Shown: piece after piece, positions 10,038-19,998 of the stretch
How the letters are laid out: each line of letters opens with the position of its first letter
How positions within the stretch are numbered: the stretch's first letter is position 1
From: an uncultured Planctomycetia bacterium
GTDB taxonomy: Bacteria; Planctomycetota; Planctomycetia; Pirellulales; Pirellulaceae
Assembly (NCBI GenBank): GCA_963714965.1
Contig: CAVQQG010000001.1
Coordinates: 1,480,653 to 1,544,652 of the forward strand
Length of the DNA: 64,000 bases
Direction: 5' to 3'
Made by a program: the position numbers and the translations under genes
Notes under the pieces: generated by a model
Database searches by the model: none
Told to the model about the DNA's origin: nothing
The model's input: the letters and a program-made list of their open reading frames with translations, nothing else

Positions 10038-11345
10038 ATGAGAATCGCAATTATCGGGACAGGTATTTCTGGTCTGACCGCTGCCAGCCAACTGCATCAC
10101 CGGCACGAGATCACGGTATTCGAGGCCAACGATCGTATCGGCGGGCATACGAACACCGTTGACGTCGAGTCCCGCGGACGTTCATTGGCGGTCGATACGG
10201 GGTTCATCGTATTTAACGAGCGGACCTACCCCAACTTTTGCGCGTTGATTTCGCAATTGGGTGTTCGCTCCCAGCCGGCCCCCATGACATTCAGCGTTCG
10301 CTGCGACCGCACCAATCTGGAATACCGGGGCGCCGACTTGCGGGGTTTGTTTTCGCAGCGCCGCAATCTGGTCCGACCCCGGTTTTGGCAACTGTTGGCC
10401 GGACTGTTGAAATTCAATCGCGTCGGTCAGGACTTGCTGGGTGACGTTGACAATCGGCAAACCGTGGCCCAGTTTTTTCGCGAGCACCGTTTTCCGGAAA
10501 TCTTCTATCAAAAATATTTTTTGCCCATGGGTTCGGCCGTCTGGTCCTGTTCCCGGGAGCGATTCGAATCCTTCCCGATTCGATTCATTGCTGAGTTCTA
10601 TCACAATCACGGGCTGCTCGGGATGAAAGACCGCCCGCAATGGCGAGTCATCCGCGGAGGATCCCGGCAGTACGTGCAACCGCTGGTTCGGCCATTTCTT
10701 GACCGCATCCGTCTGAGCTCCCCCGTTCTGGCGATCAGCCGCCGGAACGACCCGCCAGCCGACAATCCCGACTGGGGCGAACCGGCAGCCATCCAGGTCG
10801 CGACCCCTTCCGGGACCGAGCCCTTCGATCATGTCATCCTGGCTTGCCACGCCGACCAGGCACTGGCGATTTTGGGTGATCAGGCGACCCCCCTGGAGCG
10901 GGAGATCCTGTCGGCGTTTCCCTATACCCAAAACGAGGCGGTGTTGCACACGGACACCTCGATTTTGCCGCGGCGGCGGGGGGCCTGGGCCAGCTGGAAT
11001 TATCTGATCGACGACCAGGACGATCCAGCCGCGGCCGCGACGTTAACCTATAACATGAATATTCTGCAAACGCTGGATTGCTCCCAGACCTGGTGCGTGA
11101 CGCTGAATAACACGCATCGCCTGGACCCGCACAAAATCGTGCGGAAATTTGAATATTCGCACCCGCTGTTTGACCTGCGCCGAAAATCCATGCAATCCCG
11201 TCACCACGAATTGATCGACTACCGGAACACGTCCTTCTGCGGCGCTTGGTGGGGCAACGGGTTCCACGAAGACGGGGTGGTTAGCGGCCTGGCTGTCGCT
11301 CGTCAGTTACAATCGATGGACACCCTTTGCCAACCCGCGCGGTAG
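10038..11345 (+). CDS. FAD-dependent oxidoreductase (flavin amine oxidase-like)
   Basis: IAIIGTGISGL dinucleotide-binding motif. Conserved partner of the DUF1365 and cfa genes. Confidence 0.85.
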   Translation: MRIAIIGTGISGLTAASQLHHRHEITVFEANDRIGGHTNTVDVESRGRSLAVDTGFIVFNERTYPNFCALISQLGVRSQPAPMTFSVRCDRTNLEYRGADLRGLFSQRRNLVRPRFWQLLAGLLKFNRVGQDLLGDVDNRQTVAQFFREHRFPEIFYQKYFLPMGSAVWSCSRERFESFPIRFIAEFYHNHGLLGMKDRPQWRVIRGGSRQYVQPLVRPFLDRIRLSSPVLAISRRNDPPADNPDWGEPAAIQVATPSGTEPFDHVILACHADQALAILGDQATPLEREILSAFPYTQNEAVLHTDTSILPRRRGAWASWNYLIDDQDDPAAAATLTYNMNILQTLDCSQTWCVTLNNTHRLDPHKIVRKFEYSHPLFDLRRKSMQSRHHELIDYRNTSFCGAWWGNGFHEDGVVSGLAVARQLQSMDTLCQPAR

Positions 11346-11387
11346 GCCTCGTGGTCAGGTTCCCGTTTCCCTGTCGTCAAGATCCTG

Positions 11388-12302
11388 TTGTTTTGGCAGC
11401 CCCTTGTGAACAGCTGCATTTACGAAGGCCGTGTCTTGCATCGCCGGTTTCATCCGGTGCCGCATGCGTTTGCCTACCGGCTGTTCATGTTGTCGCTGGA
11501 TCTGGACGAACTGGACCGCGTATTCAGGAACCGCTGGCTCTGGTCCACAGGCGGATTCAACTGGGCGTGGTGGCGGCGCGGCGATCATCTGGGTGACCCG
11601 GACCAGCCCCTGGCCGAAGCGGTCGGCGATTTCCTGGAATCCCGGGGAATTGCGCGGCCCGATGGCCCCATTCGCCTGCTGACCCAGGTACGCTACCTGG
11701 GGTTTGCCATGAATCCGGTGGCGTTTTTCTATTGCTACGATTCATCGGCCCGATTGCAGCATGTCGTGGCCGAGGTGAACAATACGCCGTGGGGCCAGCA
11801 ACATTGCTATCTGGTGGAACCCGTGCATTTCCAGCCCCTGGCCGAAACGCCGCGCAAGCCTCTGGACAAGGAATTTCATGTCTCTCCCTTCTTGCCGATG
11901 AACATGCAGTATCGCTGGAGGATATCGGCTCCCGAGGATCGCCTGACGATCGGAATCAGCAATTACCAGGGGGATCGCCGGATGTTGTCGGTGGCCATGT
12001 CGCTGACCCGGCAACCCTTGACCGCCGCCAATATGCGGCGGGCGCTGTTACGTTATCCGCTGATGACCGGTCAGATCTTCGCCGGAATTTACTGGCAGGC
12101 GTTTCGTCTGTGGAGGAAACGCGTTCCATTCTTTCCTCATCCCGGACCACCGGCGGGTACCGATTCCCGTCCTGCGGGCGGCGACCGCCCGGTCGAACCC
12201 GCCGTCATTGATTCGCCGCCGAATTCCGTGGTTCCCGTTCACGGGTGTCCTGCGGATCGGGTTCCAACACTGGCGGGGACCGCCAAAGACCAACCTGGGT
12301 GA
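11388..12302 (+). CDS. DUF1365 family protein
   Basis: Typical DUF1365 sequence. Its stop at 12300-12302 abuts the cfa start at 12305. Confidence 0.8.
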   Translation: MFWQPLVNSCIYEGRVLHRRFHPVPHAFAYRLFMLSLDLDELDRVFRNRWLWSTGGFNWAWWRRGDHLGDPDQPLAEAVGDFLESRGIARPDGPIRLLTQVRYLGFAMNPVAFFYCYDSSARLQHVVAEVNNTPWGQQHCYLVEPVHFQPLAETPRKPLDKEFHVSPFLPMNMQYRWRISAPEDRLTIGISNYQGDRRMLSVAMSLTRQPLTAANMRRALLRYPLMTGQIFAGIYWQAFRLWRKRVPFFPHPGPPAGTDSRPAGGDRPVEPAVIDSPPNSVVPVHGCPADRVPTLAGTAKDQPG

Positions 12303-12304
12303 AC

Positions 12305-13597
12305 ATGTTTGATTCCTTGTTTTCAAGACTGGTTGACGCCCGCCTGCGCAAGTTGCAGGGCGGCCATATCACGCTGATCGACGGGGACCAGCAATGGTGC
12401 TATGGCAACGACGATGCCGAGTTGTCGGTGACGATTCTGGTTCATCATCCACGCTGGTACCGGCGGATCGCTCTGGGGGGCGGAATCGGTGCTGCCGAAG
12501 CGCTGGCCGATGGCGACTGGACCTGTTCGGACCTGACTGCTTTGGTCCGAATCATGATTCGCAATTTACCGGCCGGCGACACGGCCAATGGCCCGTTGAC
12601 CCGGATCCGCCACGCCGCCGAACAGCTTGGACACTGGATGCGACGCAATACGGTGGTCAATGCCCGGCAGAATATCATCCGGCATTACGATCTGAGCAAC
12701 GAGTTTTTCGCGCTGTTTCTGGACCACTCCATGACCTATTCTGCGGCCATTTTTCCCCACCGCGAGGCGTCGTTGCTGGACGGCTCGATGGAGAAAATTG
12801 ACCGGGCCTGCCGCAAGCTGAATTTAAGGCCCTCCGATCATTTGCTGGAAATCGGCACCGGCTGGGGATCTCTGGCCATTCATGCCGCTGAACGATACGG
12901 CTGCCATGTGACCACGACGACGATCTCGGACGAGCAATATGCCTTTGCCCGCCGAAGAATTGATGATGCCGGCCTGACCGGGCAGATTACCCTGCTCCAC
13001 CAGGATTACCGGAATTTGACCGGCCAGTACGACAAGCTGGTTTCGATAGAGATGATCGAAGCAGTGGGCCATCATTACTTTGATGCTTTCTTTCGGCAAT
13101 GCGGCGCACTGCTCAAGCCTGACGGACAGTTGCTGATACAGGCGATAACGATTGTTGACCATCGCTATGAACATCACCGGCGGACCGTCGACTTTATCAA
13201 GCGATTTATTTTCCCGGGCGGTTGCCTGCCATCCGTCGCGGCCCTGTTGAACTCGATGGCCAAAACGTCCCGATTGCGGCTGGTCCACCTTGAGGAGTTT
13301 TCCGCCCATTACGCGGAAACCCTGGCTCGGTGGCGCAAGCGATTCCTGGATCATCTGGACGACGTGCGACAGCTGGGATTTGATGAACGATTCATTCGCA
13401 TCTGGGAGTATTATTTTTGTTACTGCCAGGCGGCATTCCTGGAACGACATGTGAATGTGTCCCAGTTATGGATGGCCGGGCCGGCGGCCATCGTTTCGCC
13501 CGTCGACCAGTCGTTTCAGACAGCCGGCTCGACCCCCGATCCGCAACCGCCTGCGGCAAACCCGGAAGGCGTTTTTGTGGAGTCACCTGCCCGGTGA
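12305..13597 (+). CDS. cfa: cyclopropane-fatty-acyl-phospholipid synthase family methyltransferase
   Basis: SAM-binding motif LEIGTGWGSL and conserved Cfa C-terminal region. Confidence 0.85.
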   Translation: MFDSLFSRLVDARLRKLQGGHITLIDGDQQWCYGNDDAELSVTILVHHPRWYRRIALGGGIGAAEALADGDWTCSDLTALVRIMIRNLPAGDTANGPLTRIRHAAEQLGHWMRRNTVVNARQNIIRHYDLSNEFFALFLDHSMTYSAAIFPHREASLLDGSMEKIDRACRKLNLRPSDHLLEIGTGWGSLAIHAAERYGCHVTTTTISDEQYAFARRRIDDAGLTGQITLLHQDYRNLTGQYDKLVSIEMIEAVGHHYFDAFFRQCGALLKPDGQLLIQAITIVDHRYEHHRRTVDFIKRFIFPGGCLPSVAALLNSMAKTSRLRLVHLEEFSAHYAETLARWRKRFLDHLDDVRQLGFDERFIRIWEYYFCYCQAAFLERHVNVSQLWMAGPAAIVSPVDQSFQTAGSTPDPQPPAANPEGVFVESPAR

Positions 13598-13635
13598 CAC
13601 AGACTGCCCTGGAAACACCCGGACATCCCCAAATC

Positions 13636-14688
13636 ATGGTCGGCATGGAATTATTGACAAATCTGGTAATTGACTCGATTGAGCGGGGCCGGGTACCTGA
13701 CCCGGTTACCCGCCGGTTAACCAGGCGCCTGTGCCGCCAGCGGTTGTCAGCACTGCAGCGACAGTACGCGAACCAGCCCGATCACGGGGTCCCTGGCTTT
13801 GCCTCGCACATGCGTCAAGGGCCTGTCGCTCCGGTCCCCGACATTGCCAACCAGCAGCACTACGAATTGCCGGCCGGTTTTTTTCAGCGGATGCTGGGGC
13901 CGCGGCTGAAATACAGCAGCGGATACTTCGAAACGCCGAATTCCACCCTGGCCGAAGCGGAAATCGCTGCGCTGCGCCAGACCTGCGACCACGCCGAACT
14001 GGCCGATGGCATGGATGTCCTGGAACTCGGATGCGGCTGGGGCAGCTTGACGTTGTGGATGCTGGAACAGTATCCCAACCTGTCGGTGACCGCTGTTTCC
14101 AATTCCCGATTCCAGCGGCAACTGATTGAGGAACTGGCCCGGGATCGCGGTCTGGCGGAACGTCTGACGGTGATCACGGCGGACATGAACGATTTCTCCA
14201 TCGACCGCCGTTTTGAGCGGGTCGTTTCCTGTGAGATGTTCGAACATATGCGGAACTACCAGCGTCTGCTGCACCGCATTGCCGGCTGGCTGACCGGGAA
14301 TGGACGTTTGTTTGTCCATATTTTTTGCCATCGCCGGTTCGCCTACGAGTTTCAGGCAGCCGGGGCCAGCAACTGGATGGGTCGTTACTTTTTCACCGGC
14401 GGAATTATGCCCAGCGCTAATTTGCTGGACCAGTTCCAGGAGGATTTGCGTGTCATTGGGCACCACGTCTGGGACGGCACCCACTATCAGCGAACCTGCA
14501 ATGCATGGCTGGACCAGCTGGATCAGCACCGCGACCAGATCCGGCCAATCCTGCGGGACGTGTACGGCGACGCGGCCGATCGCTGGCTGGGTCGCTGGCG
14601 ACTGTTTCTGATGGCCGGTGCGGAATTGTTCGGGTTTGATTCGGGCCGGCAGTGGCAAGTCGGTCATTACCTGCTGGCCCGTCCCTGA
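13636..14688 (+). CDS. second Cfa-family SAM-dependent methyltransferase
   Basis: VLELGCGWGSL motif and a Cfa-like C-terminus. Confidence 0.85.
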   Translation: MVGMELLTNLVIDSIERGRVPDPVTRRLTRRLCRQRLSALQRQYANQPDHGVPGFASHMRQGPVAPVPDIANQQHYELPAGFFQRMLGPRLKYSSGYFETPNSTLAEAEIAALRQTCDHAELADGMDVLELGCGWGSLTLWMLEQYPNLSVTAVSNSRFQRQLIEELARDRGLAERLTVITADMNDFSIDRRFERVVSCEMFEHMRNYQRLLHRIAGWLTGNGRLFVHIFCHRRFAYEFQAAGASNWMGRYFFTGGIMPSANLLDQFQEDLRVIGHHVWDGTHYQRTCNAWLDQLDQHRDQIRPILRDVYGDAADRWLGRWRLFLMAGAELFGFDSGRQWQVGHYLLARP

Positions 14689-14724
14689 CCGGCCGCGGCT
14701 GAAACAGCTTCAGGAGTTTTTGCA

Positions 14725-15195
14725 ATGCAACCGGGGATCCTGATCTTAATGATTCAGGTCGCCGCGACCTGGTTTATGGTCGGGTTGATCTGGCTGATTC
14801 AAATCGTGCATTATCCGTTGTTTGCCGAAGTGGGCCTGGATACGTTTTCCAGGTACTCGGCCCGCCACCAGTTTCTGATTACCTGGATCGTCGGCCCGGT
14901 GATGGTGGCGGAATTGCTGACCGCTGCCATCCTCGCGTGGTACCCGCCGTCCCCGCCAACGAGCCTGTGGCTGAAAGCCGGGTTGGCCCTGCTGCTGGTC
15001 ATCTGGGTGTCGACCGCAGTGCTTCAGGCGCTTCAGCACGGACGGTTATCGGCCGGTTTCGATCTGGACCGAATTCATGCGCTCGTTCGCTGGAACTGGA
15101 TCCGCACGATCGCGTGGACCGCCCGGGGATTGATTCTGCTGGTCGTCCTGCAACGACTGCTGGCCATGTCTGCCAACTCGGGCAACAACCCGTAA
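14725..15195 (+). CDS. small polytopic membrane protein (hypothetical)
   Basis: Four hydrophobic helices. Immediately follows the cfa genes on the same strand. Confidence 0.55.
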   Translation: MQPGILILMIQVAATWFMVGLIWLIQIVHYPLFAEVGLDTFSRYSARHQFLITWIVGPVMVAELLTAAILAWYPPSPPTSLWLKAGLALLLVIWVSTAVLQALQHGRLSAGFDLDRIHALVRWNWIRTIAWTARGLILLVVLQRLLAMSANSGNNP

Positions 15196-15402
15196 CCGCA
15201 GGGCGGCACGGATTCGGGGGAGGCCGGTTGGTCCCGCCACCGGCTGGCTGATTCCGCCTGGTCAGCGCAGCCACGAGCCGTGGTTGGCAGCCGTTGATCC
15301 GGTTCGGTCGTCATTCATACATGGACGTCCGCCGAGATCCGGCTGGGGGTGGCCCTCGACCGGCGGCGAGGCACCTTCCTCCCGGGTCAGACCGACTGAC
15401 GG

Positions 15403-16029
15403 CTAATGCTGATGGCGGGTGGTGAATCCCTGCTGCTGCAGCCAGTCCTGCCAGCCGTGGGCCGTGGGACAATCCGGGCAGCCCACCGTCTTCCAGTCCG
15501 GACAGGTAATCTCCAGATCCATGTGCCCGTTGTGATCGGTGCGCCGCACCTGACAGCCCAGCATATCCAGAACCTGGCAGGTGTATTCGGCCTCGTCGGC
15601 ATTGTGAACGTGCAAGGTTCGCGGCGCGGTTAACTGATAACTGACACGCGACAATTTCATGTCCGGTGACGGATCAACAATCAGCGTCAACATACCCTGC
15701 TGGACCAGCCACTGGCTCCACTGCTCCACTTGCTCGTCGGTTTCCAGGGTGATTTGTTTCCAGGTCGGACTGCGAAAGCGGAGATCGATATGCCCGTCAT
15801 GCTGCGAGCGGTTCACTTCGCATCCGATTTTGGTCAAGGTTTGTTCGGCGCTATCGGCCTGGTTGACGTCATGAAAGTGGGCCGTCTTCCAGTCGGCCAG
15901 GCGAAAGCCAATGATTTTCCGGGCCGTGGCGCTGTCGCGGGTGGCGGAAGCATTGCTGGCCTGTTGGGCCGCCAGGTTGCCGGCCAGCGGCCACGCCGCC
16001 ACGGCCAGTACGATCAGTCGATGCATCAT
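15403..16029 (-). CDS. secreted hypothetical protein with an internal tandem domain duplication
   Basis: Signal peptide. Two copies of a motif with a GC.V.R..H.GH.DL core (GCEVNRSQHDGHIDL... / GCQVRRTDHNGHMDL...), each ending W..WL.QQG. Confidence 0.55.
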   Translation of the reverse strand: MMHRLIVLAVAAWPLAGNLAAQQASNASATRDSATARKIIGFRLADWKTAHFHDVNQADSAEQTLTKIGCEVNRSQHDGHIDLRFRSPTWKQITLETDEQVEQWSQWLVQQGMLTLIVDPSPDMKLSRVSYQLTAPRTLHVHNADEAEYTCQVLDMLGCQVRRTDHNGHMDLEITCPDWKTVGCPDCPTAHGWQDWLQQQGFTTRHQH

Positions 16030-16181
16030 CGGAACTCGGTCTCCAAACAGGTCGAGGGAATTACAGGGCGGCAGGGTACCCCAATTGCGAGCGGGTCAGC
16101 AAGACGAATCGGGCCCCAAAAACGCGTTCGCGGGCCAGCGGCCGGGCGGCAGCCGTTGTTCCCCTGGGACAACCTGATATC

Positions 16182-17465
16182 ATGACTCGCGATTGGCGAC
16201 CGAAACCTGAATTTGCCTGCGAGAACGGAATGTCCGGTCAAATCCTGATTCGAAACCTGCCCCCGGCGACCCGCACCTGGTTGCGTCGGGAATGCCACCG
16301 GCAAAACGTGTCGCGCAATTCGCTGGTGCTTTCTGTGCTGCAGCAAGCCATGGGATCGGGCCGCGAGCCGCCCCGGTTCGACGAGCGGCCTGTCGCCGAA
16401 ACACCGGGCAACGCGGCCGGTGGCGGTTTGCCGTTTTCATTTATCGATCTGTTTTCAGGAATCGGTGGATTGCGACTCGGCTTGCAGGCGGTGGGCGGCC
16501 GTTGCCGGTTTTCCTGCGAAATCGACCGCTTTGCCCGCCGTACCTACCACGCCTGGTTTGGCGAAACCCCCGCCCAGGATATTCGGGATTTTGCCTCGGG
16601 AACCGGGATTCCGCCGCATGATGTGCTGGCCGCCGGTTTTCCCTGTCAGCCGTTTTCGATTGCTGGTGTCTCCAAAAAGAAAAGCCTCGGCCGGGACCAC
16701 GGTTTTCAGGACAAGGCCCAGGGGACGCTGTTTTTTCATCTGGCTACCATCGTCGAAGCCACCCGACCGGCAGTGCTGTTGCTGGAAAATGTCAAAAACC
16801 TGCGTACGCACAACCGGGGCGACACGTGGCGGACGATCTCCGGGCGGCTGGCAGACCTGGGCTATGTCGTATTCGACCAGATCATCGACGCGGCTGACTA
16901 CGTCCCCCAGCATCGGGAACGGATCTTTATCGCCGGTTTTCGTCGGGACATCTTTGGAGACACTCCCCCCTTTCGGTTCCCGGACCCCCCCGCCGGGGCA
17001 CCGCCGGTGCTGGACGACATCCTGCTGACAGACAAGCAGGTTTCCGACAAGTACGTGTTGTCAGACCACCTGTGGCAATACCTGCAGGACTACGCGCGGC
17101 GGCATCAGGCGCGGGGCAACGGATTTGGTTACGGCCTGGCAGATCGAACGGGAATCACGCGAACCCTGAGTGCCCGATACTACAAGGATGGGTCGGAGAT
17201 CCTGATCCCGCGTGGACCGCGACGCAATCCGCGGCGACTGACTCCGCTGGAAGCTGGCCGGCTGATGGGATTTCCCGAGGACCTGGTTCAGCAGCAAGTC
17301 GTGTCGGATAGCCAGGCCTACAAACAATTCGGTAATGCCGTAGTCCCTGGCGTCGTGCAAGCTGTCGCCGAACAGATCGCTGCCGTCATGCGCTGGCAGC
17401 TGGGGCGGCGAAACCACGGATGCCTGCTGACACCGGCACCGTTGCAGCAGATCAGCGGCGTCTAA
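16182..17465 (+). CDS. dcm: DNA (cytosine-5)-methyltransferase with an N-terminal ribbon-helix-helix-like domain
   Basis: C5-MTase motifs I (FIDLFSGIGGLRLG), IV (GFPCQPFS) and the ENV motif. The N-terminal 45 aa (ILIRNLPPATRTWLRRE...SLVLSVLQQA) look like an Arc/MetJ or antitoxin RHH domain. Confidence 0.85.
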   Translation: MTRDWRPKPEFACENGMSGQILIRNLPPATRTWLRRECHRQNVSRNSLVLSVLQQAMGSGREPPRFDERPVAETPGNAAGGGLPFSFIDLFSGIGGLRLGLQAVGGRCRFSCEIDRFARRTYHAWFGETPAQDIRDFASGTGIPPHDVLAAGFPCQPFSIAGVSKKKSLGRDHGFQDKAQGTLFFHLATIVEATRPAVLLLENVKNLRTHNRGDTWRTISGRLADLGYVVFDQIIDAADYVPQHRERIFIAGFRRDIFGDTPPFRFPDPPAGAPPVLDDILLTDKQVSDKYVLSDHLWQYLQDYARRHQARGNGFGYGLADRTGITRTLSARYYKDGSEILIPRGPRRNPRRLTPLEAGRLMGFPEDLVQQQVVSDSQAYKQFGNAVVPGVVQAVAEQIAAVMRWQLGRRNHGCLLTPAPLQQISGV

Positions 17466-17617
17466 AACGATCGACCGGCCTGTCCGGCTGCCATGCCATT
17501 TGTCAGGCGTCCGGGAAAAGAGGGTCCGGCGGCCGCCTGCGGGGAAAAAAAACAGGGCGCCGACAGGCCATGACACCTGCCGACGCCCGCACAGTGACGT
17601 CGCCATTGGGGAACGGT

Positions 17618-18895
17618 TTATTTCAGCATGCCGCCCATTTCCCGCAACAGGGATTCGATTTGCTGGTGATTTTGCGGCGTTTGCAGGATCAGCAGCGAGA
17701 CCGCGGGCGCCGTGATCTGGATCGATTCGTCCAGCCACGAGTCCGGCGCTATCTTCGACTTGAGATGCTGCATCAGCCGCAACGTCGAGCTGGCCACGGG
17801 CGGGGCAATCAGATCGCCCACGTAATAATGCCGCCAGGTCCGTTGTTCGGCAGGCAGCGGCACTGGACGAAACGGCTGTTGCGTCTCGGCCCAGGGTCGC
17901 AGGGGTTTCGATTCCCACGCCGCGGGTTGCAGTTGTCCTTCGCCGCTCCAGGACGCGGCCAGCCGCTGCTCCGCGCGGGACTGGTTGGCGGGCGAGGTTT
18001 GGCAACTTTGTAACTGGTGCTCCAGTTGGCGGACTTGCTGTTGCAACTCATGGATCCGGTCCATCTCGCTGACGACCGGCAACGTGGGGGTCAGTCGCGA
18101 CTCCCACGCCACTCCCTCGACCGGCCGCCGCCTGGCCGGCGGTTCGGTCGGCTGGAATTCCTGTTGCAGGTGCCGGGATAAAAACTGCAAACTTTCGTTG
18201 GTCTGCTGCAGTTCCTGCCGGGTCTGGATGATCATGCGGCGGGTTTCGGCCATCTCGAAATTCAATTGCGACAGGTCGGTCTGCGCGGGGGGCATCACGT
18301 GAAACGCCGTTGACGGTTCGGCGGCCATGGCCGCCCGGTGGGCCTGATCGGCCGCCGATTCCAGGGCCATCCCCAGGACCTGCCGAACATGCTGCGGATC
18401 GCGCGGCTGACGGGTCAGATATTCGGTCAGCTCGGTCGCCAGCTGGTCCCGCCGGGCGGACAATTCGTAACCGTTTTCGCGCAGGAACGACACCGCACCC
18501 GGAAGGGGTCGGTTGGTGGCAAGTTGACGGTTCAGCGGGGTGCCATTGTCGTCCGTGGCGGCGGGGCCGGGTGTGCTCGACGCCACGTGTGGCAGGCCGA
18601 TTCCCGTGTCATGCGGGCAACGTCCGCTACCTTGCGGGCAATCAGCAGCGCATTTCGGGCAATCATCAGCGCATTGCGGGCAATCAGCAGCGCATTGCGG
18701 GCAATCATCAGCGCATTGCGGGCAATCATCAGCGCATTGCGGGCAATCATCAGCGCATTGCGGGCAATCAGCAGCGCATTGCGGGCAATCAGCAGCGGAT
18801 TGCGGGCAATCAGCAGCGCATTGCGGGCAAAGGTTGCCGCAGTGGGGGCAACCGCCTTCGTGACAATCCCCACCCGGCAACGCCTGGCCAACCAC
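17618..18895 (-). CDS. Cys-rich heptad-repeat / coiled-coil protein, reading frame probably disrupted upstream
   Basis: N-terminus is 9-10 copies of [A/D]DCPQCA encoded by the 21-bp repeat; C-terminal two thirds are coiled coil. A signal peptide and further Cys-rich segments lie in two other frames upstream (to 19199). Confidence 0.5.
   Translation of the reverse strand: MVGQALPGGDCHEGGCPHCGNLCPQCAADCPQSAADCPQCAADCPQCADDCPQCADDCPQCADDCPQCAADCPQCADDCPKCAADCPQGSGRCPHDTGIGLPHVASSTPGPAATDDNGTPLNRQLATNRPLPGAVSFLRENGYELSARRDQLATELTEYLTRQPRDPQHVRQVLGMALESAADQAHRAAMAAEPSTAFHVMPPAQTDLSQLNFEMAETRRMIIQTRQELQQTNESLQFLSRHLQQEFQPTEPPARRRPVEGVAWESRLTPTLPVVSEMDRIHELQQQVRQLEHQLQSCQTSPANQSRAEQRLAASWSGEGQLQPAAWESKPLRPWAETQQPFRPVPLPAEQRTWRHYYVGDLIAPPVASSTLRLMQHLKSKIAPDSWLDESIQITAPAVSLLILQTPQNHQQIESLLREMGGMLK
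18634..18830. repeat. about 9.5 near-identical copies of a 21-bp tandem repeat, gcgggcaatca(g/t)cagcgcatt
   Basis: Counted directly in the sequence. Only a G/T alternation at repeat position 11 (plus one other change in the first copy); one C>G change in copy 8. Confidence 0.95.
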
Positions 18896-19521
18896 GGCGG
18901 TGCCGGTTCTCCGGGCACATTGGCGCAGGGGGCCACGACATGGCAGGATCCGTTTTCACAATCGCGACAGCCGCTGTTTGCCGCGCGTTGGGCCGAACCC
19001 TGGTCGCAGTCCGCATCACGGCGGCCCGAGTCAGCGTCGCCCGGTTCTGCAGCGGCGGCCTGCGGTAACGCCGCGGCCGTGCCAACGGCTGCCCGGGCCT
19101 GGTCGGCCGGGGACCAGGGCGCTCCTGGGCATTGGCCAGTGAACTGACGGCAACCAGCGCGGCAACCCCGACCATACACCCTGTTCTGTTGATTCTCATC
19201 GCGCTGATCCTCCTCGATCGATCGATGAATCGGTTGACGGCCAGCGTTGCATGGTCTTCTGGAAAGTGCGCATGCCCGGGACCGTCCGCGTTCGCTGGCC
19301 GGGCCAATGGGCGATCACAACGGCCGCCCGCTCTGGCCCGACCGGATTGTTACCTGGAAGGGTTTTTGGGGGCAATATCGATCGGCGGCTGGACCGCCGG
19401 TCAAATGGCCGGGCGGGCGTCCGCCTGGCAGGACGATCGAATATTCGACAAAAATGGCGCGGCGCGGTATTTTGACAGCACACCCACCCTGTTCTGTGCC
19501 CGGTTCGATTTGAGGAAACCG

Positions 19522-19833
19522 ATGACGATCAAGCTTGAGAGATTTTCCGATACCCCCTGGGAGGAGGTCAGCGATTGCGCCCGCCAGAAACTGATTGACG
19601 ACGGTGAAAAACGGGTTCGCCTGCTCAAGCTGGCGCCCGGATTCCAGGAGCAAGACTGGTGCACTCGCGGGCACACAGGATATGTGATCGACGGGACTCT
19701 CGAAATGGAATTCGGGGAAGGCACCAAACTGTCCTACTCCACCGGTGACGCCATCCTGCTTTCCCAGGGAACCGCTCACAAGGCTCGCACCGGAACGGGG
19801 GCTGCGTTACTGTTTTTGATCGACGACGTCTGA
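19522..19833 (+). CDS. cupin domain protein
   Basis: GAGGA RBS 5 nt upstream of the ATG. Cupin-like beta-barrel sequence. Confidence 0.65.
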   Translation: MTIKLERFSDTPWEEVSDCARQKLIDDGEKRVRLLKLAPGFQEQDWCTRGHTGYVIDGTLEMEFGEGTKLSYSTGDAILLSQGTAHKARTGTGAALLFLIDDV

Positions 19834-19998
19834 ACTCCGGTTGGAGCAAGCTCCGCGGACGTCGACCAACCGCGGGAACGGGGTGGTGGCTGGCACATGC
19901 CCTCGCCCCGCGTCTTGTCCGGGGTGACCGTTTGGTGTGGCGGGCGGCCTGAATCGTGAAACCGATTGACCTGTTGACCATTTATTGAAATTTGACTC

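Noticed and set aside
18634-18830. Possible CRISPR array
   Set aside because: The repeats are contiguous with no spacers, only 21 bp long, and in frame within a coding region. This is a tandem coding repeat, not CRISPR.
18310-19147. Plus-strand ORFs reading the 21-bp repeat as QRIAGNH or ALRAISS repeats
   Set aside because: The minus-strand reading gives a Cys-rich heptad joined to a coherent coiled-coil C-terminus. The plus-strand products are low complexity with no supporting start context.
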